Origin: an uncultured Veillonellaceae bacterium
GTDB taxonomy: Bacteria > Bacillota > Negativicutes > JARBTT01
Length of the DNA stretch: 64,000 nucleotides
Direction of reading: 5' to 3'
NCBI GenBank assembly: GCA_963805085.1
Contig: CAWDTA010000005.1
Location: 672,001-736,000, forward strand
Part shown: positions 1 to 10,929 of the stretch, in pieces
Layout: each line of letters begins with the position of its first letter
How positions within the stretch are numbered: the stretch's first letter is position 1
Position numbers and translations under genes: made by a program
Notes under the pieces: generated by a model
Seen by the model: the letters and a program-made list of their open reading frames with translations, nothing else
Databases searched by the model: none
What the model was told of the DNA's origin: nothing

Positions 1-347
1 AAGAGGCGGCTTTGATTATGATTGCGGATGCCTGCGAGGCTGCTGTCCGTTCGATTAGTAAACCGAATTCCAATCGTATTGAAGCTATGGTGCGAAAAAT
101 TATACGTGAGCGCTTAAATGATGGACAATTTGATGAATGTAATTTGATGTTGCGTGATTTAACTGAAATTGGCGATGTGTACATTCGCATTTTGTCAAGT
201 ATGTTCCATTCACGTATAGAATATCCAGATTCGATTAAAGAAATAGAGAGGAAAAATAAACAAAATGGAAATAGTATTAAGCAACTTTCCAACGGAGCTG
301 ACAGTAGCACCGAACCTAGAGGAAACGGTGAGGAAAGTAATAAATAA
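1..347 (+). CDS. pgpH: 3' end of 7TM-HD phosphohydrolase (PgpH-like c-di-AMP phosphodiesterase), partial
   Basis: Frame open from the window start; IMIADACEAAVRS...DGQFDEC...HSRIEYP is the HD-domain C-terminus; conserved position before ybeY-dgkA-era. Confidence 0.8.
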   Translation, partial: EAALIMIADACEAAVRSISKPNSNRIEAMVRKIIRERLNDGQFDECNLMLRDLTEIGDVYIRILSSMFHSRIEYPDSIKEIERKNKQNGNSIKQLSNGADSSTEPRGNGEESNK

Positions 348-729
348 AGCAGCTGAGTTATATGGTTTAGACACAGCGGAAGTAAGTGTGACCTTAACAA
401 ATAATGATCATATCCGAGAGATTAACCGCAATTATCGTAATAAAGATGCCGCTACAGATGTTATTTCCTTCGCCTTAAATGAAGGTGAAGAACCAGAAAT
501 TATTGATGGTCCAGAAATTAATATGCTGGGTGATATTATTATTTCGATTGAACGGGCCATGGATCAAGCCGAAGAATACGGTCATAGTTTGGAACGGGAA
601 CTTGCTTTCTTGACAGTTCATGGTATGATGCACTTGTTGGGATATGATCATATAGAAGAAGAAGATCGCCTTGAAATGCGTAAAGAGGAAGAATATGTAC
701 TTGGTCATCTAGGAATTATTAGAGAGTAA
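265..729 (+). CDS. ybeY: rRNA maturation endoribonuclease YbeY
   Basis: TDVISF, LGDIIIS and HGMMHLLGYDH metal-binding motif. Confidence 0.96.
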   Translation: MEIVLSNFPTELTVAPNLEETVRKVINKAAELYGLDTAEVSVTLTNNDHIREINRNYRNKDAATDVISFALNEGEEPEIIDGPEINMLGDIIISIERAMDQAEEYGHSLERELAFLTVHGMMHLLGYDHIEEEDRLEMRKEEEYVLGHLGIIRE

Positions 730-733
730 TCAA

Positions 734-1075
734 ATGAAAAGTACGAATTTATTAAAATCTTTTGGTTATGCTTTTGCTGGTATATGGTATTGCTTACGAA
801 AAGAACGCAATTATAAAGTTCATATGATTGTAGCGGTATGTGTTTGCGCTCTTGCGTGGTATTATCAACTAAATCGTTATCAATGGAGTATTTTAGTGAT
901 TATGGTGATGAGTGTACTCATGGTAGAAATGATCAATACTGCATTTGAATTGGTGGTAGATATGCTATCACCGGAGTTTCATCCAACAGCAAAAATTATT
1001 AAGGATGTTGCGGCTGGCGCAGTTCTTGTCGCCAGTATCTCGGCATTTGTGGTAGGAATTTTATTGTTTTTTTAA
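734..1075 (+). CDS. dgkA: Undecaprenol/diacylglycerol kinase family protein
   Basis: SFGYAFAGI, EMINTAFE, KDVAAGAVL motifs; 3 hydrophobic segments; synteny. Confidence 0.93.
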   Translation: MKSTNLLKSFGYAFAGIWYCLRKERNYKVHMIVAVCVCALAWYYQLNRYQWSILVIMVMSVLMVEMINTAFELVVDMLSPEFHPTAKIIKDVAAGAVLVASISAFVVGILLFF

Positions 1076-1103
1076 AAACAAGAGTTGATGAAGGAGAATT
1101 AAT

Positions 1104-1994
1104 ATGGAAAATAATTACAAATCTGGTTTTGTTACCGTAATTGGTAGACCAAATGTAGGTAAATCAACGTTGGTCAATAGTTTGATTGGTCAAAAAATTG
1201 TTATCATGTCTGACAAGCCACAAACAACAAGAAATAAAATCTTGTGTGTCTTGACGCAAGATGATGCACAAATTGTATTTATTGATACACCGGGGATTCA
1301 CAAGCCAAAACATAAACTTGGTGAGTATATGGTAAAGGCAGCAGAAAATACGCTAAAAGAAGTGGACGTTATTTTATTTGTTGTCGATGCAAGTGAAGAA
1401 CTTGGTGCAGGTGAGTTGTATATTTTAGAGCGCTTACAATCAACGAATAAGCCAGTTATTCTAGTGATAAATAAAATTGATAAAATCGACAAGCAACAAG
1501 TGTTGCCAACTATCTCTCGTTACTCCGAACGCTATAATTTTATTGGCGTCGTGCCAATTTCAGCAAAAGAAGAGACCAACTTGGATGGGCTTATAACAGA
1601 AGTGAAGAAACACTTAGAAGAAGGCCCGCAATATTATCCAAGTGATATGGTAACGGACCAACCAGAACGTTTGGTTACAGCTGAACTGATTCGTGAAAAG
1701 GTCCTTCATTTGACACGCGAAGAAATTCCTCATGCGATAGCGGTAGATATAGAGGAAATGGCAACGCGTAAAAATGATGATGTCTATATAAGGGCGACGA
1801 TTTATGTAGAACGTGATTCACAAAAAGGTATCGTGATCGGGGCAAAAGGTGCCTTGCTGAAAGAAATTGGCGCAATGGCGCGCGTCGATATTGAGAATCT
1901 ATTGGGCTCGAAAGTATATCTTGATTTATGGGTAAAAGTAAAAAAAGATTGGCGTAATCGAGATGGGATTTTACGTGGTTTAGGCTACGAATAA
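1104..1994 (+). CDS. era: GTPase Era
   Basis: GRPNVGKS P-loop, DTPG, NKID, C-terminal KH domain (GIVIGAKG). Confidence 0.98.
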   Translation: MENNYKSGFVTVIGRPNVGKSTLVNSLIGQKIVIMSDKPQTTRNKILCVLTQDDAQIVFIDTPGIHKPKHKLGEYMVKAAENTLKEVDVILFVVDASEELGAGELYILERLQSTNKPVILVINKIDKIDKQQVLPTISRYSERYNFIGVVPISAKEETNLDGLITEVKKHLEEGPQYYPSDMVTDQPERLVTAELIREKVLHLTREEIPHAIAVDIEEMATRKNDDVYIRATIYVERDSQKGIVIGAKGALLKEIGAMARVDIENLLGSKVYLDLWVKVKKDWRNRDGILRGLGYE

Positions 1995-2002
1995 GCAACA
2001 TA

Positions 2003-2045
2003 ATCGGGTGTATGCATAGTTGGCATACGCCCGATCATTTTTTTT
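2003..2045 (+). terminator. Rho-independent terminator after era
   Basis: ATCGGGTGTATGC / GCATACGCCCGAT stem followed by a T-run. Confidence 0.8.
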
Positions 2046-2079
2046 ATTTTTTTAAAGTCGAGCTAGTAGGGGTGTAGAA

Positions 2080-2700
2080 ATGAGATTTTTATCTAAATAT
2101 TTTTTTAATGGTCTTATTGTCATTGTTCCAATTGGAATTACAATTTTTGTTATTATGGAAATTTTTTCATTTACGGAAGTTTTACTTGGACGACATTTGC
2201 CAATTCATTTTCCTGGGATTGGCTTAATCACAGTCTTGGTTTTGATTTTATTAACAGGCTGGTTGTCTTCGTATTGGATTTTACAACGTTTTATTAGTTT
2301 TGGTGAAGGGCTTTTAAATAGAATACCATTTGTGAAATTTATCTATAATAGTGTTAAGCATTTATCGACTGCAGTTTTTGAATCAAATAATTTATTTAAG
2401 GAGGCTGTGCTAGTTCCATATCAACATGGCGAGGCAAAAGCAATTGGTTTCATTATGTCTGAGTTATCAGAGCCGTTAAAGGAGCATTTAACAGAAGAAC
2501 ATGTTTGTGTATTTGTGCCATGGAGCTTGAATATGACTTCAGGGACAAATTTAATCATACCGAAAAAAGATGTGATTTATCTCAATATCAGTAGTGAGTC
2601 TGCACTGCAATATATCCTTACTGCAGGTACAGTTATGCCAAAACGACAAGGTGAAGAAATAGATAGCGAAAAAATAGAAGGCAGCGAAATAGTAAAATGA
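2080..2700 (+). CDS. DUF502-family membrane protein
   Basis: FFNGLIVIVPIGIT, RIPFVKFIYNSVK, VFVPWSLNMTSG pattern. Confidence 0.8.
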   Translation: MRFLSKYFFNGLIVIVPIGITIFVIMEIFSFTEVLLGRHLPIHFPGIGLITVLVLILLTGWLSSYWILQRFISFGEGLLNRIPFVKFIYNSVKHLSTAVFESNNLFKEAVLVPYQHGEAKAIGFIMSELSEPLKEHLTEEHVCVFVPWSLNMTSGTNLIIPKKDVIYLNISSESALQYILTAGTVMPKRQGEEIDSEKIEGSEIVK

Positions 2701-2894
2701 AAAATTTCCTGAAAATAGTATTGTAAAATTTGCTTTTACTCTTTATATTTTTCGTTAAATCGGCTATCCTATTAGTAGAGTTCAATTTTCAACACGTAAT
2801 TGTATAGGTAGAATTTTATTAAAAATCTTTTTTGTTTAAGCATTATTATAAGTAAGTGTTCATTGAGATAGCATTTGCGAAGGGATGATGTACT

Positions 2895-3047
2895 ATGTTT
2901 TTGAAAAATGTGATGTGGGATATGTTCAAAGATACAGGACGAATTGAGGCGTATTTGTTTTATCGTAATTGCGAGGATGAACGGGAAACTCAGGAATTTC
3001 ATAATCAAATAAAAGTGGAAGATGTTTCAAAAGAGTATGAACATTAA
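2895..3047 (+). CDS. yqzL: YqzL-family small protein (50 aa; not in the supplied ORF track)
   Basis: Translated manually: MFLKNVMWDMFKDTGRIEAYLFYRNCEDERETQEFHNQIKVEDVSKEYEH; WxxFxxTGxIxxYL motif; RBS-like AAGGGA upstream; directly before recO as in B. subtilis. Confidence 0.8.
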   Translation: MFLKNVMWDMFKDTGRIEAYLFYRNCEDERETQEFHNQIKVEDVSKEYEH

Positions 3048-3068
3048 TTTCATGAGTTAGGTGTTTAA

Positions 3069-3818
3069 ATGGCACAATATTCAACAGAGGCCATTTTGTT
3101 AGCCGTGCGCAACTGGGGCGAAGCTGATAAAATGGTTACTTTTTTTTCAAGAGAACTGGGTAAAGTTACTGCCGTTGCGTATGGGTGTCGAAGACCGAAA
3201 TCGCCACTTGCTGGCGGTATGCAGGCGTTCAGTCATTTAGAACTTGGCGTTATGGCAGGAACGCATTTAGACACAATTAGACAGTGTGAGACGATTACCT
3301 CATTTAAAAAATTACGCGAGAATTTAGATGCTATGGCGTATGCAACTTTTTTAACGGAGCTTGTTGTCGAGGTTTGCCCAGAAAGGCATCCAGAACCGCA
3401 CATTTACGATTTAGTGGTTTGTGCACTGGGAATGTTATCTAAACGTAATCCGCGGCTTGTGGCGTTAGCGGCGGCCTATCAGCTAGTAGAGTATACTGGC
3501 TATCAGCCTGTCTATACAGAATGCGTCGTTTGTGGACACTCAATTGAAACTGATGCATTTTTTTCATTCGAAAAAGGTGGTGCTATTTGCAAAAATTGTA
3601 AGTTGCCAGATTCAGAGTTGATTGATATGCCAGCTAAGATGCAGGGCTTTATTCAAAGTTTATTAGAGTTGGATTGGCAAGACCCAGCTGCGTTTAGTAT
3701 TAATGGTGCAGTTTTATTGCAAACAGAAAAATTGTTGCTTGACTATTTGGTTTTTCTTATTGAGAAACCATTAAAGTCCTTAGAATTTATTAAACAGTTA
3801 GCAATGCTTAAAAATTAA
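3069..3818 (+). CDS. recO: DNA repair protein RecO
   Basis: EAILL...GEADKMVTFFSRELGKV N-terminus; CxxC...CxxC zinc finger. Confidence 0.95.
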   Translation: MAQYSTEAILLAVRNWGEADKMVTFFSRELGKVTAVAYGCRRPKSPLAGGMQAFSHLELGVMAGTHLDTIRQCETITSFKKLRENLDAMAYATFLTELVVEVCPERHPEPHIYDLVVCALGMLSKRNPRLVALAAAYQLVEYTGYQPVYTECVVCGHSIETDAFFSFEKGGAICKNCKLPDSELIDMPAKMQGFIQSLLELDWQDPAAFSINGAVLLQTEKLLLDYLVFLIEKPLKSLEFIKQLAMLKN

Positions 3819-3826
3819 ATCCTAGA

Positions 3827-3855
3827 TTGACATTACTTAGGCAATTTGTTAAACT
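3827..3855 (+). promoter_or_regulatory. SigA-type promoter of the glyQS leader
   Basis: TTGACA (3827-3832), 17 bp, TG-n-TAAACT (3850-3855). Confidence 0.75.
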
Positions 3856-3887
3856 AAAATGGTATTTGGTAGTTTAATTAGCAATTT

Positions 3888-4120
3888 AAATAAAGCGATG
3901 CAGGAAAAAGTAACTTATTGCAAATAGCGATTCGAGGATGGTGTAAGCTCGGTAAGAAATAAGTGAAAGGCGTTCCGAAGCTGTGAGAGGAAAACCTAGA
4001 AGGGCCAGTAAACCTCACAATAGATGAAGGTGGGCGAAATGCCAATCAGGGTGGAACCGCGGGTAATATACATCTCGTCCCTGTAACAATTTTATTGTTA
4101 CAGGGACGAGATGTTTTTGT
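3888..4120 (+). promoter_or_regulatory. Glycine T-box riboswitch
   Basis: GA/AG/GNUG motifs, specifier GGC (Gly) at 3969-3971, T-box AGGGTGGAACCGCG at 4048-4061, terminator hairpin 4070-4118, upstream of glyQS. Confidence 0.95.
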
Positions 4121-4172
4121 TTATTTCTGTTGTTTATATTGCTAATTTTAAATTTAAGGAGGAATATTTGTT

Positions 4173-5057
4173 ATGACATTTCAGGATATTATCCTGACCT
4201 TACAAAAATTTTGGGCTGGTCAAAATTGTATTTTATTGCAGCCTTATGATGTTGAAAAAGGCGCAGGGACTATGAACCCATCGACTTTCTTACGAGCTTT
4301 AGGCCCAGAACCTTGGCACGTAGCATATGTTGAACCATCCCGTAGACCGGCAGATGGACGTTATGGGGAAAACCCTAATCGTTTATTCCAACATCATCAA
4401 TTTCAGGTCATTATGAAACCATCACCAGATAACATTCAAGAGTTATATTTAGAAAGTTTGGGGAAACTAGGAATTAACCCAGAAGAGCATGATATTCGTT
4501 TTGTTGAAGATAACTGGGAATCACCAACACTCGGTGCATGGGGTCTTGGTTGGGAAGTCTGGCTTGATGGCATGGAAATTACGCAGTTTACTTACTTCCA
4601 ACAAGTAGGTAGCGTCGATGTAAATCCTGTATCCGTAGAAATCACATATGGTTTAGAACGTTTGGCTATGTATATTCAAGGGGTAGAAAATGTTTACGAT
4701 TTAGAATGGGTAAATGGCATTACGTATGGTGATGTATTCCAACGTAATGAGGTAGAGCAATCTACCTATAACTTTGAACTTGCTGATGTTGATCTTCTAT
4801 TTGAATTATTTGATAAATATGAAAAAGAAGCAATCCGTGTTATTGAAAAAGGCTTTGTACTTCCAGCCTATGATTACGTGTTAAAATGTTCGCATAGTTT
4901 TAACTTATTAGATGCGCGTGGGGCAATTAGTGTAAGTGAACGTACAGGTTTTATTGCTAGAGTACGTAATATGGCTAGACTTTGTGCACAAGGTTATTTG
5001 AAACAACGTGAAGAGCTTGGGTATCCGTTGTTAAAAGGAGGTAACGTAAATGAGTAA
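4173..5057 (+). CDS. glyQ: Glycine--tRNA ligase alpha subunit
   Basis: [37 protein letters not shown]. Confidence 0.98.
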   Translation: MTFQDIILTLQKFWAGQNCILLQPYDVEKGAGTMNPSTFLRALGPEPWHVAYVEPSRRPADGRYGENPNRLFQHHQFQVIMKPSPDNIQELYLESLGKLGINPEEHDIRFVEDNWESPTLGAWGLGWEVWLDGMEITQFTYFQQVGSVDVNPVSVEITYGLERLAMYIQGVENVYDLEWVNGITYGDVFQRNEVEQSTYNFELADVDLLFELFDKYEKEAIRVIEKGFVLPAYDYVLKCSHSFNLLDARGAISVSERTGFIARVRNMARLCAQGYLKQREELGYPLLKGGNVNE

Positions 5058-7110
5058 GGATGTATTATTAGAAATTGGAACAGAAGAAATCCCAGCAAGG
5101 TTTATGCCAGGTATTCTTGCTCAGATCGAAACTTCTGCTAAAGCAAAATTCGCTGAATTGCGCATTGGCTACGAATCGGTTCGTGCTGTTGGTACACCAC
5201 GCCGTATGACTTTGATTATGCAGGGGGTTAACGAGAAACAAGCGGATATATCCAGTGAAAATAAAGGACCTTCAGTAAAAGTTGCTTTTGATTCTGATGG
5301 TAATCTTACCAAAGCTGGAGCAGGTTTTGCGAGAGGACAAAAAGTAGATGGCAAAGACCTTGTGATCAAAGATGGTTACGTTTATGCTATGGTGCATGAA
5401 AGTGGCCAAGAAGTGGCAAGTTTGCTTTCTAGTATATTGCCAGAATTGATCCATGGTTTAAATTTCCCCAAAAATATGCGTTGGGCTAATTTGGATATGA
5501 AATTCGTTCGTCCAATTAAATGGCTGGTTGCTTTATTCGGTACGGAAGTGATCGACTTTACCGTTGCTGAAGTCAAAACTGGCAATATTACGCGCGGACA
5601 TCGTTTCTTAAGCAAAGGAAATATTGTCATCCATAATGCTGACGAATATATTACCATATTAGAAAGACAGTTTGTTATCGTAGATCAAGATGTACGGCGG
5701 AGTATCATCCGCAAACAAATTGAAGAATTAGCTAATTCAAAAGGTGGCTATGCTGATATTACTGAGGATTTGCTAGAAGAAGTTGTTTTTCTAGTCGAAT
5801 TTCCAACTGCTTTATGCGGTACCTTTGAGGAGAAATACTTAAAATTACCAGCGGAGACTGTAATTACACCAATGCGCGAACATCAACGTTATTTCCCGGT
5901 AATGTCAAAAAATGGTTCATTAATGCCGATGTTTATTACGGTAAGAAACGGTGGTGCAGAGCATCTTGAGATTGTGCAACATGGTAATGAGAGAGTTCTT
6001 AGAGCTCGTCTTGCTGATGCACAATTCTTCTTTGAAGAAGATTGTAAAGTGAAATTAATTGATCGTTTAGAAAAATTAAAGACAGTTGTATTTCAAGAAG
6101 GTCTCGGTAGCATTTTTGATAAAACAGGTCGTTTGGTAAAAATAGCAGGATTTTTGGTTGCCCATACCAGCGTAGAAAACTCAGTATTACCAACGATAGA
6201 GCGTGGGGCAACTTTGGCAAAAACAGATCTTGTTACTGGCATGGTTTGTGAATTTACTGAACTTCAAGGAATCATGGGGCGTGAATATGCACTCTTAAAT
6301 GGTGAAAGTTCAGACGTTGCTGAAGCGATTTATGAACACTATTTACCACGTTTTGCTGGTGATGAATTGCCAAAAAACATTGCTGGGCAATTCATTAGCA
6401 TTGCTGATAAAATAGATAATATCGTTGCAACGTTCAGTCGTGGTCTCGTACCAACTGGTTCACAAGATCCATATGCGCTTCGTCGTCAAGCGCTTGGAAT
6501 TGTCAATATTTTGATTGATGCAAAATATAGCATTTCTTTGGAAGCTCTAGTCAAAGAAGTTCTGCGCTTACTTTCGATTAATGACGAAGAAAAAATTGCA
6601 AAAATACTTAATGATGTCCAAGATTTCTTCCGGCTGCGTTTGAAAAATGTATTAACTGACGAAGAAGTTCGTTATGACATTGTAGATGCATCGCTTAGCA
6701 TTGGTATGGACGATGTTTATGTAACCTATTTAAAAATAAAGGCTGTTTCGAAGCAAATGGCAAGTAAAGATATGACAAAAGCGATTCAAGCTTTTGTTCG
6801 TGTTGGTAACCTAGCGAAAAAAGCAGAGACAATTGAAGTTAAAGAAACTTTATTCAATACTGCTGAGGAAATTAACTTATACAAAGCCTATGTGTCTGCT
6901 GCAAGTGCAGTAGACAGTCTAATTGAAGGGCAAGACTATCATGGTGCGATTGATGCAATGATGGATTTAACAGCACCAATTGATACGTTCTTTGATAAAG
7001 TAATGGTTATGGATAAAGACGAAGCTGTAAAAAATAATCGTCTAGCGTTATTAAAGAGTATCGCTGTTATGGTGAATAAAGTTGCTGATTTTAGTAAAGT
7101 GGTTATCTAA
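5050..7110 (+). CDS. glyS: Glycine--tRNA ligase beta subunit
   Basis: [39 protein letters not shown]. Confidence 0.98.
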   Translation: MSKDVLLEIGTEEIPARFMPGILAQIETSAKAKFAELRIGYESVRAVGTPRRMTLIMQGVNEKQADISSENKGPSVKVAFDSDGNLTKAGAGFARGQKVDGKDLVIKDGYVYAMVHESGQEVASLLSSILPELIHGLNFPKNMRWANLDMKFVRPIKWLVALFGTEVIDFTVAEVKTGNITRGHRFLSKGNIVIHNADEYITILERQFVIVDQDVRRSIIRKQIEELANSKGGYADITEDLLEEVVFLVEFPTALCGTFEEKYLKLPAETVITPMREHQRYFPVMSKNGSLMPMFITVRNGGAEHLEIVQHGNERVLRARLADAQFFFEEDCKVKLIDRLEKLKTVVFQEGLGSIFDKTGRLVKIAGFLVAHTSVENSVLPTIERGATLAKTDLVTGMVCEFTELQGIMGREYALLNGESSDVAEAIYEHYLPRFAGDELPKNIAGQFISIADKIDNIVATFSRGLVPTGSQDPYALRRQALGIVNILIDAKYSISLEALVKEVLRLLSINDEEKIAKILNDVQDFFRLRLKNVLTDEEVRYDIVDASLSIGMDDVYVTYLKIKAVSKQMASKDMTKAIQAFVRVGNLAKKAETIEVKETLFNTAEEINLYKAYVSAASAVDSLIEGQDYHGAIDAMMDLTAPIDTFFDKVMVMDKDEAVKNNRLALLKSIAVMVNKVADFSKVVI

Positions 7111-7156
7111 AAAGTATTAGAAAATTAGTAAATTCATATATTTTCGGCGTGCTATT

Positions 7157-7196
7157 AAAAATGGGCTATTGCATTGAATTGCAATAGCCCATTTTT
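7157..7196. terminator. Bidirectional terminator between glyS and the lptA-like gene
   Basis: AAAAATGGGCTATTGCA / TGCAATAGCCCATTTTT perfect inverted repeat between convergent genes. Confidence 0.85.
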
Positions 7197-7208
7197 CAAT
7201 AGCACTGT

Positions 7209-7685
7209 TTATAAAATTTTGTTATTTGCCATATCATAACTTACAGAATCAGCGGTATAAGAATTACCATTATTATTCACATTGACATTTCCACTGAATG
7301 CAGCGATTTTAGTATCCCAGTTATATTTCACAGAATTAGCTGTAATCGCTAAGCCATCACGCGATAAATCAACACCACCAGTAATATTGGCAGTTTTATC
7401 TGCACCAGCAACATAGACACTTTGACCGTGGAAGGTTAAATTATCTTGACGAACGGTAACACCATCTTGAGCCCAAACTTCTAACGATGTCATATCTACT
7501 TTGGCTTGACCGGCAGTGATAATACGGCTACCGGTTTCGATATAAACATTGCCTTTTAAAACGTATTGTCCAGTATTAAAATCAAAGTAGTTTGTATCAG
7601 ACGTAATAATTGGTTTTGCAAGTACCGGAGCTGTCATAAGTAGTAGTAGTGCCAACAAAAACAATAAGGTTTTAAATTTTTTCAC
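7209..7685 (-). CDS. LptA/OstA-like beta-jellyroll periplasmic protein
   Basis: Signal peptide; repeated beta-strand pattern (LKGNVYI, GGVDL, ITANSVKY, FSGNV) typical of the OstA/LptA family; GTG start with RBS AGGATG. Confidence 0.7.
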   Translation of the reverse strand: MKKFKTLLFLLALLLLMTAPVLAKPIITSDTNYFDFNTGQYVLKGNVYIETGSRIITAGQAKVDMTSLEVWAQDGVTVRQDNLTFHGQSVYVAGADKTANITGGVDLSRDGLAITANSVKYNWDTKIAAFSGNVNVNNNGNSYTADSVSYDMANNKIL

Positions 7686-7809
7686 AGTTTACACCATCCT
7701 TCTAAAAGTATTATAACAAAAGTAACTGTAAAATGCATTGGAAAAAATTAAATGAGATTGCATTGATTTTGGATAAGTATATAATGAAGATAGATGGGAG
7801 CTGATAAAA

Positions 7810-8805
7810 ATGAATGTACGTGAAAGAAGTGAAGAATTAGAATATAAAATTCTATCGCCATTTGCTAGTAAAAGTGACGCAAGCGTTCGTGATCTAGAGG
7901 AGGATGCCTGTGATTTTAGAACGGCATTCCAGCGAGACCGTGATCGAATCATTCATAGTAAATCTTTTCGTCGCTTAAAGCATAAAACACAGGTGTATAC
8001 CGCACCTGGTGATCATTATAGAATGCGTATGACGCATAGCTTAGAAGTTGCCCAAATTGCCAGAACCATCGCCAGAGGCTTGCGTTTGAATGAGGACTTA
8101 ACGGAAGCCATTGCACTTGGACATGACGTCGGGCATACACCGTTTGGACATGCTGGTGAAGAAGCAATGCAAAAGCTTTTGGGCCATTTTTGTCATAATG
8201 AACAGAGTTTGCGTGTGGTTGAATACTTAGAACGAAATGGTGAGGGGCTTAATCTAACAAGGGAAGTAAAAGATGGAATTGTCAACCATACAGGTCCTAA
8301 TTTACCGATGACTTTAGAGGGAAAAATCGTGCGTACCGCTGATAGAATTGCTTATCTGTGTCATGATTATGATGATAGTATTCGATCGGGCATGCTAGAA
8401 CCTAATATGTTGCCACCAAATGTATCGGCAACTTTGGGCAATAAGCCGTCAGCGATGATTACCGTTATGGTGTCTGATATGATTGTATCCTCCATGGATA
8501 AAAATAATATTATTTTGTCAGAAGCGATTCAATCAGCGATGAATGAATTTAGGCAATTTATGTTCAAAACTATTTATTATTCTAAGGAGCTTGCTGTAGA
8601 ACGCAAAAAAGCAACGTATGTCATTGAGCAGCTTTACAATTATTTTTTTGTAAATCCAGAAGAATTACCACCAGAATTTTTCGCTCGTAGAGAAAAGTGG
8701 GGCTTAGAAACGACAACTGTAGATTATATTGCTGGACTTACTGATTTATATGCTATTCAATTATTTGAAAAAATATTTGTTCCCTCAACAAAGGTTCAAA
8801 TATAG
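7810..8805 (+). CDS. dgt: Deoxyguanosinetriphosphate triphosphohydrolase-like HD protein
   Basis: RTAFQRDRDRIIHSKSFRRLKHKTQV, THSLEV, HDVGHTPFGHAGE, DYIAGLTD. Confidence 0.93.
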   Translation: MNVRERSEELEYKILSPFASKSDASVRDLEEDACDFRTAFQRDRDRIIHSKSFRRLKHKTQVYTAPGDHYRMRMTHSLEVAQIARTIARGLRLNEDLTEAIALGHDVGHTPFGHAGEEAMQKLLGHFCHNEQSLRVVEYLERNGEGLNLTREVKDGIVNHTGPNLPMTLEGKIVRTADRIAYLCHDYDDSIRSGMLEPNMLPPNVSATLGNKPSAMITVMVSDMIVSSMDKNNIILSEAIQSAMNEFRQFMFKTIYYSKELAVERKKATYVIEQLYNYFFVNPEELPPEFFARREKWGLETTTVDYIAGLTDLYAIQLFEKIFVPSTKVQI

Positions 8806-8809
8806 ACGC

Positions 8810-8845
8810 AAAAAAGAACAATCTTTTGCAGATTGTTCTTTTTTT
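8810..8845 (+). terminator. Terminator after dgt
   Basis: AAAAAAGAACAATCT / AGATTGTTCTTTTTT inverted repeat. Confidence 0.8.
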
Positions 8846-8889
8846 ATTGCATATCTATCAAATTAATTCAATATTGTCAATAGGAAAAA

Positions 8890-8979
8890 AGGATATTTGC
8901 GATTTGTATTGAATATATTTAACTATAAGATAAAAAGTTGCTATTTAAGAAAGCAGGAAAAAGTAAAATCTTATCGAAT
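8890..8979 (+). promoter_or_regulatory. Two tandem SigH-type promoters upstream of dnaG
   Basis: AGGA-17bp-GAAT at 8890-8914 and again at 8955-8979. Confidence 0.65.
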
Positions 8980-9065
8980 TTAGGTAAACGTTATATTTTA
9001 AGTTTAAAATATAATTAGTTAACAAGTCCTATCAATTGTATAAGGGCGCGATGAAGGGTGAACTT

Positions 9066-10868
9066 ATGAAAGATGCAATGTATGATGAGTTTATTGAACG
9101 TGTGCGCTCAGAAAGTGATATAGTAACAACCATATCAGAATATATATCATTAAAGAAAAATGGGAAGAATTATTGGGGTTGTTGTCCATTTCACAATGAA
9201 AAAACACCATCTTTTTCTGTTACGCCAGATAAAGGTTTTTTTTATTGCTTTGGTTGCCATACGGGCGGAAATGTTTTTAATTTTATTATGAAAGTTGAAA
9301 ATGTTAGCTTTTTTGAAGCCGCAAAAATCTTAGCGAATAAGCTAAATATATCTTTGCCGCAAAAAGAAAAAACACCACAAGAAATTGCTAGAGAACGAGA
9401 AATGGCGAGGTTGTGGCGAGTTCAAGAATTGGCAAAGGATTTTTTTTATGCGTGTCTTACAAAAACAAATTATGGCAAACATGCAAAAGAATATTTTTTG
9501 CAGCGTGGAGTCAATGATGATGTAATAAATAATTTTAAGTTAGGTTTTGCGCCAGAAGCATGGGATAAGCTATCCATGGCATTTGCGAAACGAGGCTTTA
9601 GTGAAGAAATTTTGATCAAATCGGGCCTCGCGGTAGAGAGAAAATCTGAGGGAATTTATGATCGCTTTCGAAATCGTGTGATGTTTCCCATTTCAAATGA
9701 GCGTGGCCAAGTGATAGGTTTTGGTGGTAGAGTTCTAGATGATAGCCAGCCTAAATATTTAAATTCACCGGAAACAGCGATTTTTAATAAGCGTAATATT
9801 CTATTTGGTTTGGATATTGCATACAGTCATATAAAATCGGCTGGTTATGCGATTGTCGTCGAAGGCTATATGGACGTAATTACGGCACATAGTTATGGAG
9901 TACAAAATGTAGTTGCTTCTTTAGGAACTTCTTTTACTATCGAACAATGCAAAAAACTTTTAAAATATGCTCCAGAAATTATCTTTGCCTATGATAGCGA
10001 TTCGGCAGGGCAAAATGCAACGATGCGTGCACTTTCTATCGTTCGGAAAAGTGGAGCACAAGTGAGAGTCATCTCTATTCCCGATGGCAAAGACCCCGAT
10101 GAATTTATTCGTAAACATGGGCAGGATGCGTTCTTAGACTTGGTAAAGGTTTCTTTACCACTGATTGATTATCAAGTGGAAAGAGCATTTAGTGAAAACG
10201 ATTATTCTACGTTAGAAGGCAAAGTAGCTGTTGTAGCGAAAATAGTACCTGTCTTGGCGGTTACCGATAATGCTGTTGAAGTAAATGCATATATCGCCCG
10301 CATTTCTCAGAAATTAGGTATTGATGAAAGCGCAATCCGCAGCGAAGTTCGTAAAATAATTCCACAAAACCAAAAGGATAAATATGTAAAAACAGGGCAG
10401 AATATAAGAATGAATACGCTTGTTCAACAAGTTGATAGTGCTGCCATCGGTGCAGGTCGTCATATTATTCGATTGGTATGGAATGATAATGCTATTATAC
10501 CATATTTGGAAGCTCAATTGACATTAGATGAATTCCAAAATAAGGAACACCATGAAATCATTAAATTTTTATTAGAAAGTTATCATGCGGGAGAAGATAT
10601 CAATGAAGTAACTGCTTCATTGATATTAGATGAAGCAATTAATACCGAACTATCACATTGTTTGTTAATTGAATTGGAAGAGGAAGATAGCCTACGTCTA
10701 GTTGATGATTGTATCAAGACGATTCATTTAGCATATTTAAAAAGATTATATGAACAACATCGCCTTAAGGCTGATGAATTAGAACGTATGGGGGATGAAG
10801 GCTTTTTGCAGGAATTAGCGGAAAGTCAACGAATAAAGTATGAAATTAACAAGATGCATTATGAATAA
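9066..10868 (+). CDS. dnaG: DNA primase
   Basis: CPFHNEKTPSF...CFGC zinc finger, KYLNSPET, EGYMDV, YDSDSAG TOPRIM; ATG 9066 after RBS AAGGGTG. Confidence 0.97.
   Translation: MKDAMYDEFIERVRSESDIVTTISEYISLKKNGKNYWGCCPFHNEKTPSFSVTPDKGFFYCFGCHTGGNVFNFIMKVENVSFFEAAKILANKLNISLPQKEKTPQEIAREREMARLWRVQELAKDFFYACLTKTNYGKHAKEYFLQRGVNDDVINNFKLGFAPEAWDKLSMAFAKRGFSEEILIKSGLAVERKSEGIYDRFRNRVMFPISNERGQVIGFGGRVLDDSQPKYLNSPETAIFNKRNILFGLDIAYSHIKSAGYAIVVEGYMDVITAHSYGVQNVVASLGTSFTIEQCKKLLKYAPEIIFAYDSDSAGQNATMRALSIVRKSGAQVRVISIPDGKDPDEFIRKHGQDAFLDLVKVSLPLIDYQVERAFSENDYSTLEGKVAVVAKIVPVLAVTDNAVEVNAYIARISQKLGIDESAIRSEVRKIIPQNQKDKYVKTGQNIRMNTLVQQVDSAAIGAGRHIIRLVWNDNAIIPYLEAQLTLDEFQNKEHHEIIKFLLESYHAGEDINEVTASLILDEAINTELSHCLLIELEEEDSLRLVDDCIKTIHLAYLKRLYEQHRLKADELERMGDEGFLQELAESQRIKYEINKMHYE
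10810..10834 (+). promoter_or_regulatory. SigH-type promoter inside the dnaG 3' end, facing rpoD
   Basis: gcAGGA-17bp-GAAT about 95 nt upstream of the rpoD start. Confidence 0.55.
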
Positions 10869-10929
10869 ATTAGAGGTTGTGAAGACGATGTCTTGTCAAA
10901 GGACAGTTGTTGAGAGGGGAGGTAAGTAA

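Noticed and set aside
2772-3008. 78-aa minus-strand ORF
   Set aside because: Antisense to the better-supported yqzL ORF; no recognisable homology
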